In this document: positions 37,601 through 49,600 of the stretch, one piece after another
Layout: each line of letters starts with the position of its first letter
Numbering within the stretch: position 1 is the stretch's first letter
Origin: Macrostomum hystrix
Taxonomy: Eukaryota; Animalia; Platyhelminthes
NCBI GenBank assembly: GCA_950097015.1
Contig: CATNEN010000039.1
Location: forward strand, 9,548,001-9,612,000
Length of the DNA: 64,000 bases
Direction: 5' to 3'
The notes under the pieces: generated by a model
Databases searched by the model: none
What the model saw: the letters and a program-made list of their open reading frames with translations, nothing else
What the model was told of the DNA's origin: nothing
Program-made: the position numbers and the translations under genes

Positions 37601-40600
37601 TCGGGCTATGCAAGCTCGAGAAGGCCAGACTAGAGGTCTCCTGTGGGATCTGTCCAATCTCTGTCCCGACCCTAATTAAATCCTGGTCCGGTTTCAGCGC
37701 TCTGTTCGTTCTCTTTTAGTAGCAGCGGGTGATGATATATGGTTTCTGGGAACTGAAGCAGCTCACCACGTCTGTCCGCTTGTTTTACCCATGACAGTAT
37801 TCTTATTTTATCATTCTTGAGCCTGCTTTCCGTTTTTTCTTCGCAAGCTAAATGAGGATGACTTTGAAAATTAAGAGAGCTAATTGTGAAGTATAAGACT
37901 GAAAGAAACATTTTGTGTATAAATTAGTAATTTTTTAATTGTCTGATATATTTAGTGAATCACTGAATAGTATTTAAAATAACTGAATAATCAAATATGT
38001 GACTAAAATAATGATTACTCTCAGATAGATTTATTCACGAAAGAGTGAACAGTCGAGTGAATCAGTGAACAGTCGAGTGAATCAGTGAACAGTCGAGTGA
38101 ATCAGTGAACAGTCGAGTGAATCAGTGAACAGTCGAGTGAATCAGTGAACAGTCGAGTGAATCAGTGAACAGTCGAGTGAATCAGTGAACAGTCGAGTGA
38201 ATTCGTGGCTCCAATCCTGAACTGCCTGCCGCCATCGCAGGCCTTCAGCTGGAGGTGCAGATGCTGAAGGACGAGAAGCAGCTGAGCGGCCACTATCAGG
38301 CGCAGTCGGTGAAAGTCACTGGCGCAGTTGACCAGCTTCGGCATCAGTTGAAGGCCAGCGAGGAGGCTCGCATTCAGAAGGACCTGGAGGCTCAGGCGCT
38401 TGAAGAGAAGGTTGCGGATCTGGAGATGAAGCTGTCCAGCCTGCGCAAGGCTCAGCAGACGGACCGGAAGAAGACCTCTCACCTACTGGAGGAGGCTGCC
38501 GCGCGCAGCTGGACGGACTCCTCTGCGGCCGACTCCGCCGCCTCTGCTATGAAGATTCGGGAATTGGAGAAAGCGCTGAAGGATAGCGTGCGAGTGACGG
38601 CCGAGCGGGAGATCAACTTTGAGCAGATGCAGGTGAGATGAGTGGGCTTCGTGGGCGGTTTCTACTTTCACTCTTTCACTCATTTCACCCTCTCCATTTC
38701 TCAGCCTCTCCATTTCTCACCCTCTCCATTTCTCACCCTCTCCATTTCTCAGCCTCTCCATTTCTCAGCCTCTCCATTTCTCAGCCTCTCCATTTCTCAG
38801 CCTCTCCAATTCTCAGCCTCTCCATTTCTCAGCCTCTCCATTTCTCAGCCTCTCCATTTCTCAGCCTCTCCATTTCTCACCCTCTCCATTTCTCAGCCTC
38901 TCCATTTCTCACCCTCTCCATTTCTCAGCCTCTCCATTTCTCACCCTCTCCATTTCTCACCCTCTCCATTTCTCAGCCTCTCCATTTCTCAGCCTCTCCA
39001 TTTCTCATTCTCTTAATTTCTCATCCTCTCCTTTTGTCATCCTCAAACTCCCTCACTACTCTGACTGATTTCCAGGTTCGCATGGAGAACGCTCAGAAGG
39101 AGCTGTCCCAGAAGGAAGCCCAGGTGCGCAGCCTGGAGACGGAAGTGTACTCAACCTACATACCGGAGATTGACAAACTGCGCCGGCTCAATCAGGAGCT
39201 CACAATGCGCCTAACTGAGCTGCACAAACTTGTCACAAGCACCAGCGCCTACGGCGGCATTCCGCCTAGCAGCATCGGCAGCCTGTCCGACCTGCTCCAT
39301 CCGCAGCATCACCATCACCAGCTGTACGGCGCCCCGGTGTCCTCATCGGCAGCGGCAGCAGCAGCGGCGGCTAATGCCAGCCTTAGCGACGGACTTCAGG
39401 AAATGCGAAAATTGCTGTCTGAGCGGGATAGGCAGCTGCAGCAGGCCAAAGATGATTTGCACAGTCTGCGAATGCAGTGCGACCAGCTCGAGATGGACAA
39501 GACCCAGCTTTCGACTAAGGTGAGAGCTTTGTCTGCTCCTATACTCAAGCTTGCGGGGAAGTCAAGTAGAAATGATTGTTTGACAGACAGACTGGCACTG
39601 AAAGGAGACAGAATGGCACTGACAGGAGACAGAATGGCACTGACAGGAGACAGAATGACACTGACAGGAGACAGAATGGCACTGAAAGGAGACAGAATGG
39701 CACTGACAGGAGACAGAATGGCACTGAAAGGAGACAGAATGGCACTGACAGGAGACAGAATGGCACTGACAAGAGACAGAATGGCACTGAAAGGAGACAG
39801 AATGGCACTGACAGGAGACAGAATGACACTGACAAGAGACAGAATGGCACTGACAGGAGACAGAATGGCACTGACAGGAGACAGAATGACACAGATGAGA
39901 CGGAATGACACCCAGACCGCTCATTGTCTTCACGCAGCTGAGCCAGCAGCTAGCGAGCGCGGAGGCCAGCCTGTCAAAGGACTTGGACAACCAGCTGAAC
40001 GCGGCCCGTCTGAAGCTGCAAGAGAAGGACGAGAAGATTAAACTGCTTGAAAAGGAGTACCTGCAGCAGCGCGACTTTCAGTCCGAGATTGACATTATTA
40101 AAAAGACCAATTGCGATCTGCAGGCCTCGCTTAGCGACAAAGACACCCAGATCTCCATTCTAAACAAAGACCTGGAGCGCTTCAAGGCCGAGAGGGCCTC
40201 TTTAAATAGGAATCTGCACGACCTGCAGACTGAGGTCAAGGGCAAGCTGGAGAAGATCAAGGATTTGGAATATTCCGTGCAGGCTGTGCGCGACGAGGTT
40301 ACTCACGTGAAGAAGCAGCTCACTCAGTCGGAGGCTGAGAACAAGAGCATGAAGGAGGAGCTTAGCTACAAGGAGGATCGCCTGCGTCAGACAAAGACCT
40401 CGCATGTGAGTCCATCGTTGTTACTGTTTTGTCTTTTATTCCTTTAACTTAACGTGAAAAGTTTTGCATAACCATTGATTTGGCTAAAAATGTAATCGTT
40501 CTTAAATCATTTGTTGCTAAGGAAATCTTTTAAATAGCGTCAATATGCCAAAATTCGTTATTAGCTAAGGTAAACTTTCAAATCATTTGTTACTAAGATA

Positions 40601-43600
40601 CTATTCTAAATAATCGTTAATTTCTATTGTTTTTTTTTTCGTTAGTAGCTAATTGAATATCCCTTGTTGCTAGGGAGAATCTTTAATAACACTTTAGTTG
40701 CCAAGGAAATCTACTGAGTGTGGTTTGTTGCTAAGGAGTCTCCAATATTTAGGTTTTTGCTAAGGTAATTTTTTTTAATTACATAAGTTGCCTATTTTTA
40801 GAAGTGTCTCAAAGTTAGATTAAAAGTACATCTTTTGGTGCAGCATATTCCAGAAATTGTAAAGTACTTGCAAATAAATTCCCCCTTTTGGGGAGGGACG
40901 GAGGGAGAAAAGGAGAATTAACTTTGAAGCCGTGACAAAATTACAAATTTTAAATCCATTTGTTCGATTATCAATGGACCCAGTTGGAAACTTCGACATT
41001 AATTTTTATTTAATGACCTTTAACGTAGTAGTACTTTTCTAAAATTCAAAAGAATAACAAGTATATTTTTATTTTTACTTGCAATAGGTAACTTGGTCTG
41101 AGTTTTAATTCCTCGTTTAGGAAAATAAGCAACTTTAGCGTCCCTCCGGAAGCACAGGCAGAATTTCAGGATTCAAACAATCACCTAATGCAAATTACAC
41201 TAGTCCTCTCAATAAGCTAATACGCCCCCTCCTGTTGGCCCCAAACATTATCACCTCTTGGCTAGCAACCTAGAACCAATGTCCCCTGAACAGCAGAGAA
41301 CCAATGTCCCTTAACAGCAGAGAACCAATGTCCCTCAACAGCAGCGAACCAATGTCCCCCAAACAGCAGAGAACCAATGTCCCCTGAACAGCAGAGAACC
41401 AATGTCCCTCAACAGCAGAGAACCAATGTCCTCCGAACAGCAGAGAACTAATGTCCCTCAACAGCAGAGAACCAATGTCCCCCGAACAGCAGAGAACCAA
41501 TGTCCCTCAACAGCAGAGAACCAATGCCCCCCAGGAGCAGAGAACCAATGTCCCCCAGGAGCAGAGAACCAATGTCCCCCAGGAGCAGAGAACCAATGTC
41601 CCCCAAACAGCAGAGAACCAATGCCCCCCAGGAGCAGAGAACCAATGTCCCCCAAACAGCAGAGAACCAATGCCCCCCAGGAGCAGAACCAATGTCCCCC
41701 AGGAGCAGAACCAATGTCCCCCAAACAGCAGAGAACCAATGCCCCCCAGGAGCAGAGAACCAATGTCCCCCAAACAGCAGAGAACCAATGTCCCCCAAAC
41801 AGCAGAGAACCAATGTCCCCCAAACAGCAGAGAACCAATGTCCCCCAGGAGCAGAGAACCAATGTCCCCCAGGAGCAGAGAACCAATGTCCCCCAGCAGC
41901 AGCGAACCAATGTCCCCCAAACAGCAGAGAACCAATGTCCCCCAGGAGCAGAACCAATGTCCCCCAAACAGCAGAGAACCAATGTCCCCCAGCAGCAGCG
42001 AACCAATGTCCCCCAAACAGCAGAGAACCAATGTCCCCCAGGAGCAGAGAACCAATGTCCCCCAAACAGAAGAGAACCAATGTCCCCCAGGAGCAGAACC
42101 AATGTCCCCCAAACAGCAGAGAACCAATGCCCCCCAAACAGCAGAGAACCAATGCCCCCCAGGAGCAGAGAACCAATGTCCCCCAAACAGCAGAGAACCA
42201 ATGTCCCCCAAACAGCAGAGAACCAATGCCCCCCAGGAGCAGAGAACCAATGTCCCCCAGGAGCAGAGAACCAATGTCCCCAAACAGCAGAGAACCAATG
42301 TCCCCCAGCAGCAGCGAACCAATGTCCCCCAAACAGCAGAGAACCAATGTCCCCCAGGAGCAGAACCAATGTCCCCCAAACAGCAGAGAACCAATGTCCC
42401 CCAGGAGCAGAGAACCAATGTCCCCAAACAGCAGAGAACCAATGTCCCCCAGCAGCAGCGAACCAATGTCCCCCAAACAGCAGAGAACCAATGTCCCCCA
42501 GGAGCAGAACCAATGTCCCCCAAACAGCAGAGAACCAATGTCCCCCAGGAGCAGAGAACCAATGTCCCCCAAACAGAAGAGAACCAATGTCCCCCAGGAG
42601 CAGAACCAATGTCCCCCAAACAGCAGAGAACCAATGTCCCCCAGGAGCAGAGAACCAATGTCCCCCAAACAGAAGAGAACCAATGTCCCCCAGGAGCAGA
42701 GAACCAATGTCCCCCAAACAGCAGAGAACCAATGCCCCCCAAACAGCAGAGAACCAATGCCCCCCAGGAGCAGAGAACCAATGTCCCCCAAACAGCAGAG
42801 AACCAATGTCCCCCAAACAGCAGAGAACCAATGTCCCCCCAGCAGCAGAGAACCAATGTCCCTCAAACAGCAGAGAACAGAGAACCAATGTCCCTCAAAC
42901 AGCAGAGAACTAATGTCCCCCCAGCAGCAGAGAACCAATTTCCCTCAAACAGCAGAGAACAGAGAACCAATGTCCCTCAAACAGCAGAGAACAGAGAACC
43001 AATGTCCCTCAAACAGCAGAGAACAGAGAACCAATGTCCCTCAAACAGCAGAGAACAGAGAACCAATGTCCCTCAAACAGCAGAGAACAGATAACCAATG
43101 TCCCTCAAACAGCAGAGAACCAATGTCCCCCCAGCAGCAGAGAACTAATGTCCCCCAGCAGCAGAGAACTAATGTCCCCCCAACAGCAGAGAACCAATGT
43201 CCCCCCAACTGCAGAGAACCAATGTCCCCCCAACTGCAGAGAACCAATATCCCTCAACAGCAGAGAACCAATGTCCCCTGAACAGCAGAGAACCAATGTC
43301 CCCCCAACTGCAGAAAACCAATGTCCCCCCAGCAGCAGAGAACTAATGTCCCCCCAGCAGCAAATAACCAATTTTCTCCCAGCAGCAGGGAAGTCTTACC
43401 TAATTACGTAAATTCCCCTTTTTTAAAGTGTCTCAAAGCCAGATAAAAAGTAAATCTATTAGTGCAGCATGTTCCAGCAATCGTTAAGTATTCTTCCGCC
43501 ACCCCTCCAGTCCGAGGAGCTGACTCGATTGCGCAACGCTAACCTGGAGGCTACGGAGCGCAACAGCCAGTTGAAGATGAAGATGGACGAGGCTGAGCAA

Positions 43601-46600
43601 GAGATAAAAAATATGAGCATGGATAGGGTGAGTTGGTGCTTATTCTCACTTTGAAAATATGTCGCATTTGTTACTGGAAAATTAAATTCTTATTCTACGA
43701 TTTGAATCAGCGCTATCCGTGATCACCAATTTGGTAAGCTCCTCCTTGCATTATCTGCCTAGCTGGAATAATACCAGCGAAGCGGAACTACTAGTAGTAG
43801 GCTTATTTGGTCAAGGCTGTCGCTTTTTCATTATTTATGACTGCCCATTTGGTTGAAGGGTTTTTGCAGTCTGTTCAGGTTAATTCAAGCGCATTGGCAG
43901 CATTGTTTGGATGTAGTCCCTAGTGGCATGTGATTTTTTTGTTTCGCTTTTTATAGCTTCTCGTGGCTTTAGGTTCAAATTAAATAATTGTTGGGACTAT
44001 TAACAGTAATTTACAGTAATAATCTTATGGTTTTTGTAAAGCATTGATGTACTGAACTGCACGATCTGCTGTGATTTCGGTCTTTTGGAGAGTTTACATA
44101 AAATCGTTTAGAGAATCAACAATTTCACACTTTTTAGCCTCCTACGAGCCTCAATACCAAGATTACCAAGATTCCAGATCCCAGCTTGAGCAGCCTCATA
44201 ATTCTTAAATCCCAGATCCTAGATCCCAGGTTGAGCAGCCTCATGATTCTCAAATCCCAGATCCTAGATCCCAGGTTGAGCAGCCTCATGATTCTCAAAT
44301 CCCAGATCCTAGATCCCAGCTTGAGCAGCCTCATAATTCTTGAATCCCAGATCCAAGATCCCAGGTTGAGCAGCCTCATAATTCTTAAATCCCAGATCCT
44401 AGATCCCAGGTTGAGCAGCCTCATGATTCTCAAATCCCAGATCCTAGATCCCAGCTTGAGCAGCCTCATAATTCTTCAATCCCAGATCCAAGATCCCAGG
44501 TTGAGCAGCCTCATAATTCTTAAATCCCAGATCCTAGATCCCAGGTTGAGCAGCCTCATGATTCTCAAATCCCAGATCCTAGATCCCAGCTTGAGCAGCC
44601 TCATAATTCTTAAATCCCAGATCCTAGATCCCAGGTTGAGCAGCCTCATGATTCTCAAATCCCAGATCCTAGATCCCAGGTTGAGCAGCCTCATAATTCT
44701 TAAATCCCAGATCCTAGATCCCAGGTTGAGCAGCCTCATAATTCTCAAATCCCAGATCCAAGATCCCAGGTTGAGCAGCCTCATAATTCTTAAATCCCAG
44801 ATCCTAGATCCCAGGTTGAGCAGCCTCATGATTCTCAAATCCCAGATCCTAGATCCCAGCTTGAGCAGCCTCATAATTCTTAAATCCCAGATCCTAGATC
44901 CCAGGTTGAGCAGCCTCATAATTCTCAAATCCCAGATCCTAGATCCCAGGTTGAGCAGCCTCATAATTCTTAAATCCCAGATCCTAGATCCCAGGTTGAG
45001 CAGCCTCATGATTCTCAAATCCCAGATCCTAGATCCCAGGTTGAGCAGCCTCATAATTCTTAAATCCCAGATCCTAGATCCCAGGTTGAGCAGCCTCATA
45101 ATTCTCAAATCCCAGATCCAAGATCCCAGGTTGAGCAGCCTCATAATTCTTAAATCCCAGATCCTAGATCCCAGGTTGAGCAGCCTCATGATTCTCAAAT
45201 CCCAGATCCTAGATCCCAGCTTGAGCAGCCTCATAATTCTTAAATCCCAGATCCTAGATCCCAGGTTGAGCAGCCTCATAATTCTCAAATCCCAGATCCT
45301 AGATCCCAGGTTGAGCAGCCTCATAATTCTCAAATCCCAGATCCTAGATCCCAGGTTGAGCAGCCTCATGATTCTCAAATCCCAGATCCTAGATCCCAGC
45401 TTGAGCAGCCTCATAATTCTTAAATCCCAGATCCTAGATCCCTGGTTGAGCAGCCTCATGATTCTCAAATCCCAGATCCTAGATCCCAGGTTGAGCAGCA
45501 ACCCAACTCAGATCCCAGGTTGAGCAGCAACCCTACTCAGATCCTCATGTTGAGCAGCAACCCTACTCAGATCCCATGTTGAGCAGCAACCCTACTCAGA
45601 TCCCAGATCCTCAATGGTGTTTTTATCTCCAAAGCAGTTGCATTTCTCACCCTCTCACTGACCTGCATCCCGCCGCGTGTTTATCCAGGAGAAGATGCGC
45701 ACGGAGCTCGACCTGTCGAAGAAGCGCCTGCTGGACGCTGAGAAGTACGCCTCCAGACTGCAGGCCGAGCTGGAGGAGAAGATGGAAAAGATGAAAACGC
45801 TTGAAATGGAAGTGGTGAGTGATCTCTATGATCCTATTTAAAGATTAAAACACGAGGCCTAAGTAGCTGATGCTAAAAACTCTTGCATCACTGCCACCAT
45901 CGCAGTATCGAGTGCAGACACAGGAGATCGAGCGACTGCAGAAGCTGGCCGAGGATATTCAGACTCGCCTAACCCAGACACAGAAGCGCCTGGACGAACG
46001 AGAGCACCGGATTCGCCGACTGGAACAGGAGAATGTGAGAGCCGATATCGATTTTTGCATTTTATTATATATTCTTTATCGATCCGTAATCGATAGTTTT
46101 ATCGATTTGTTATCGATTTGTTATCGATTGTTTTATCGATTTGTTATCGATTTGTTATCGATTGTTTTATCGATTGCTTTATCGATTTGTTATCGATAGT
46201 TTTATAGTTTTATTATCGATTTGTTATCGATCGTTTTATAGTTATATTTTCGATTTGTTATCGATTTGTTATCGATCGTTTTATCGATTTGTTATCGTTT
46301 TGTTATGAATTGTTTATAGATTTTTTTAGATTTTCTTATCGATTTGTTATAGATTTTTTATGATTATGACATAATTGTCCCAATTATCTAGCAGGTCATT
46401 ATCTTCACAGTTGCCTGAGCCCTTGTTGACCAAATTAAAAAACACAATGGTTCCCAGAACGACCTCCTCGACGAGATCCACACGCTGCGCAAGAAGAATT
46501 ACGAACTGGAGGCCCAGTGCGACACCGTTCGCAGTCAGCAGTTTGTCCACGGCGGCGGCTTCAGCGCAGGCTCTGGCAGCGGCGGCGGCGGCGGGGATCA

Positions 46601-49600
46601 CAGCTACGCCCAGATTCAACGCCTCCAGGAGGACCTGTCGGAGCTGCGAAGCCGCTTCAAGACTGTCAGCGAGGAGCGGGACCGGCTGCAGAGGGAGTTG
46701 CGCAATCAGGAACAGGAGGCCAGCAGGTCAGTCTGATGAATTCGATGATGACAGACATTTTAGACACCAGATAGACATGCTAGACACCTGACAGACATGC
46801 TAGACACCTGACAGACATGTTAGACACCTGACAGACATGCTAGACACCTGACAGACATGCTAGACACCTGACAGACATGTTAGACACCTGACAGACATGC
46901 TAGACACCTGACAGACATATTAGACACCTGACAGACATGTTAGACACCAGATAGACATGTTAGACACCTGACAGATGTTAGACACCTTATAGACATTTTA
47001 GACACCTGACAGACATTTTAGGCACCTGACGGACATTTTAGGCACCTGACAGACATTTTAGACACCACCTGACAGCAGTGTTAGTGATGCTATCTGACAG
47101 GCGCCCCTACCTGTTCGCCCTGTCGCAGGCACTCGGCCAATCTAATGGGCAGCAGCCAGGAGGCGGCCCGCCTCCAGCAGGAACTGTCCCGCAAGGACAG
47201 CCAGCTCGAAAAGCTTCAGCTGGAGCTTCAGCGCCTGAGCCAGTCGGCCAGTCAGGGCTCCCAGGCGAACGAGCTGCGGCGCAAGCTTGGCGAGGTCGAA
47301 CTTAAACTGCAGGAGAAGGAGAAACACCTGGTTGACTGGAATCAGCACTGGGATCAGCACCAGATCGAGTGCAAGGCTAAGGACACCCAGCTGCAGCAGC
47401 TGCAGCAGCAGTTAGAGAGGCTTATGGGTCAGCAGAGTTTGGGCGCCCAACAGGAGCTGAGAAACCTTCAGGACCAGCTTAAGGTGAGAAGTCGTCTTTG
47501 TGTGGATCGAGTGAACAAATCTTTTTGAAATGACCCCCTGTCTTAAATCGATAGTAGGGGTCAATTGAACCACCCAGTTACCTGATCAAGTTGATATTAG
47601 GGATCAGTTGATCATCACCTACGTAATCTAATAGATACTAGGGGTCAATTGACTCCCATCTACATAATCAAACTGATTCTGTAGACGGGGTCACTTGACC
47701 CCCCTAGTATCAGTTTGTTTATATTGACGAGGGTCAATTGACCCCCGTCTAGATAAACACGTATAAACAATCAAACTGATACTAGGGGGGTCAATTGACC
47801 CACGTATAGATAATCAAACTGATACTAGGGGGGTCAATTGACCCCCGTTTAGATAATAAAACTGATACTAGGGGGTCAATTGACCCACGCATAGATAATC
47901 AAACTGATACTAGGGGTCAAGTGACCCCGTCTACATAACTAAATTGATACTATTGAATTATTTTTTAACATCAAATACAGGTGCTCAATACAATCGCTAA
48001 AGCTACAAATAGCTGAGAAGTTATCAACGAACAGTGTCGCTGTAATAAGAAATATATGATCCTGGGACAAAACTTCAATCCCGATCCTTGTCCACCTCAT
48101 TCAGGTGCAGAGTGACCAGCGGGTCCGCCTGGAGACTGACATGCTGAGCCTTCGCAACCAGCTGCAGGCAGAGATTAGCAAGCGAGACAAAGCGCTGCAC
48201 GATCTATCGGCCGAGATTAATAAACGAGACCGAACAATCGAGGAGCTCACTAGGGGTGAGATTGGCGCTGATAGGAAGGCCGACCACCTCATGATGCGAG
48301 GCGCCGATATCATGTCCAAGGATAGGGCTCTGGGTGAGCTGCGGATCTTAATTGTGCAACCTCAATATGTTTTTTAGGATTTTAGAGAGGTCGGAAGTTC
48401 GAATCTTTGATTGCGTGTTTGAGTCCTTAAATAACAATAATAATTGCAGTAGGGCTGCTGAAAATGGCACATCATTTGGTCACACTGACCCGCAGCCAGC
48501 GAGGAGGCAGTTCTGCCTATTTCACTGACTCCTGAGCACACACGCACACAGATACTGTACGCTGGCACACGCTCACACAGGTGTGTGCATCTGACTTGAC
48601 TTTCTCGTCGTCAGGCACTGTACACTCTCACTGTGCCTTGGAGGTTCATTAGTACAACTAATATCTGATACAACTGGGCTGTCTGTTCCTCCGTAATTTT
48701 ATAGTTAAAAGTTTTTTGTGTCACCGTTTGTTCAAACATAGGACTGTACATGCGACTGTTTAATCATCCAGAGAAGCACCACAAGTCTTCTCTCCGCGGC
48801 TGCTCCCCAAAAAATGACTGTGGAGGAACTTTGGCGCGAGAGGCAAACGCGTGGCGTTAGGCCGCTTCACCACTCACTTCCACAATTATTTGCCTATATT
48901 TTAGTATCAGCAACAGTCAGTCAGCCAATAGTTATGCTTGGACATTAGACAAAGAGGCAGAAAGCTTAAAAAATGTTGACTAGTTATAGCAACCCGTAAT
49001 CCACATCCGCCTCTTTGGCTATGAGCAGTGCTATAACTCAGAACTCTAAGCTATTGTCTGCGTTGGAAATATTCTAACGACTAGAAGTGTTACCATGGCA
49101 ACCGCAACGCCGCTGCTGCTGTTGCTGCTACTGCTACTGCAGTGCCTCTCTGGCGAAACCCAGTCAGTATCGTGTGACAAGATTAGGCCCGTTTCTTGGA
49201 ATGGCCTGTACATCGCGAAGTCCAACTCGGAGCAGCTGGTTAGCCGCACCGCTGACGTCACAGCATGTCTGATTGACGCGGTCATTCGTCAGTCGGCTCA
49301 GGCGCCCGAAGCTGTTAGACTGGACGAGAGCTCCGGCAGCTGCAGCCGGCTAGGGCAGCCGATGTTCGCCAACTATTCTCAGCAGCCGCCAGCTGTGAGG
49401 TTCTACGCCAGCTCGCGTTTTGGCCAGCCCAGGCTGGTTCTGCTCTCGGCTAAGGCCGGCTCCGGGGTCTCCGTCAGGTTGCTCTACTCGACTCGTGCAG
49501 CCGGCTGCGGCTCCGAAGGCTTCCTGTTGCTGTGGCCCGGCGCCGCGCCCCAGGTGTCCACTTATCGATCCTGCTGGATCGATAGCCTGACCGAACTGAG

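Noticed and set aside
41270-45523. Long ORFs (340-590 aa) over the intron 8 and intron 9 arrays, including LRR-looking LSSLIILKSQILDPR
   Set aside because: Open in several or all frames because the units lack stops; the flanking ERC exons splice in phase without them.
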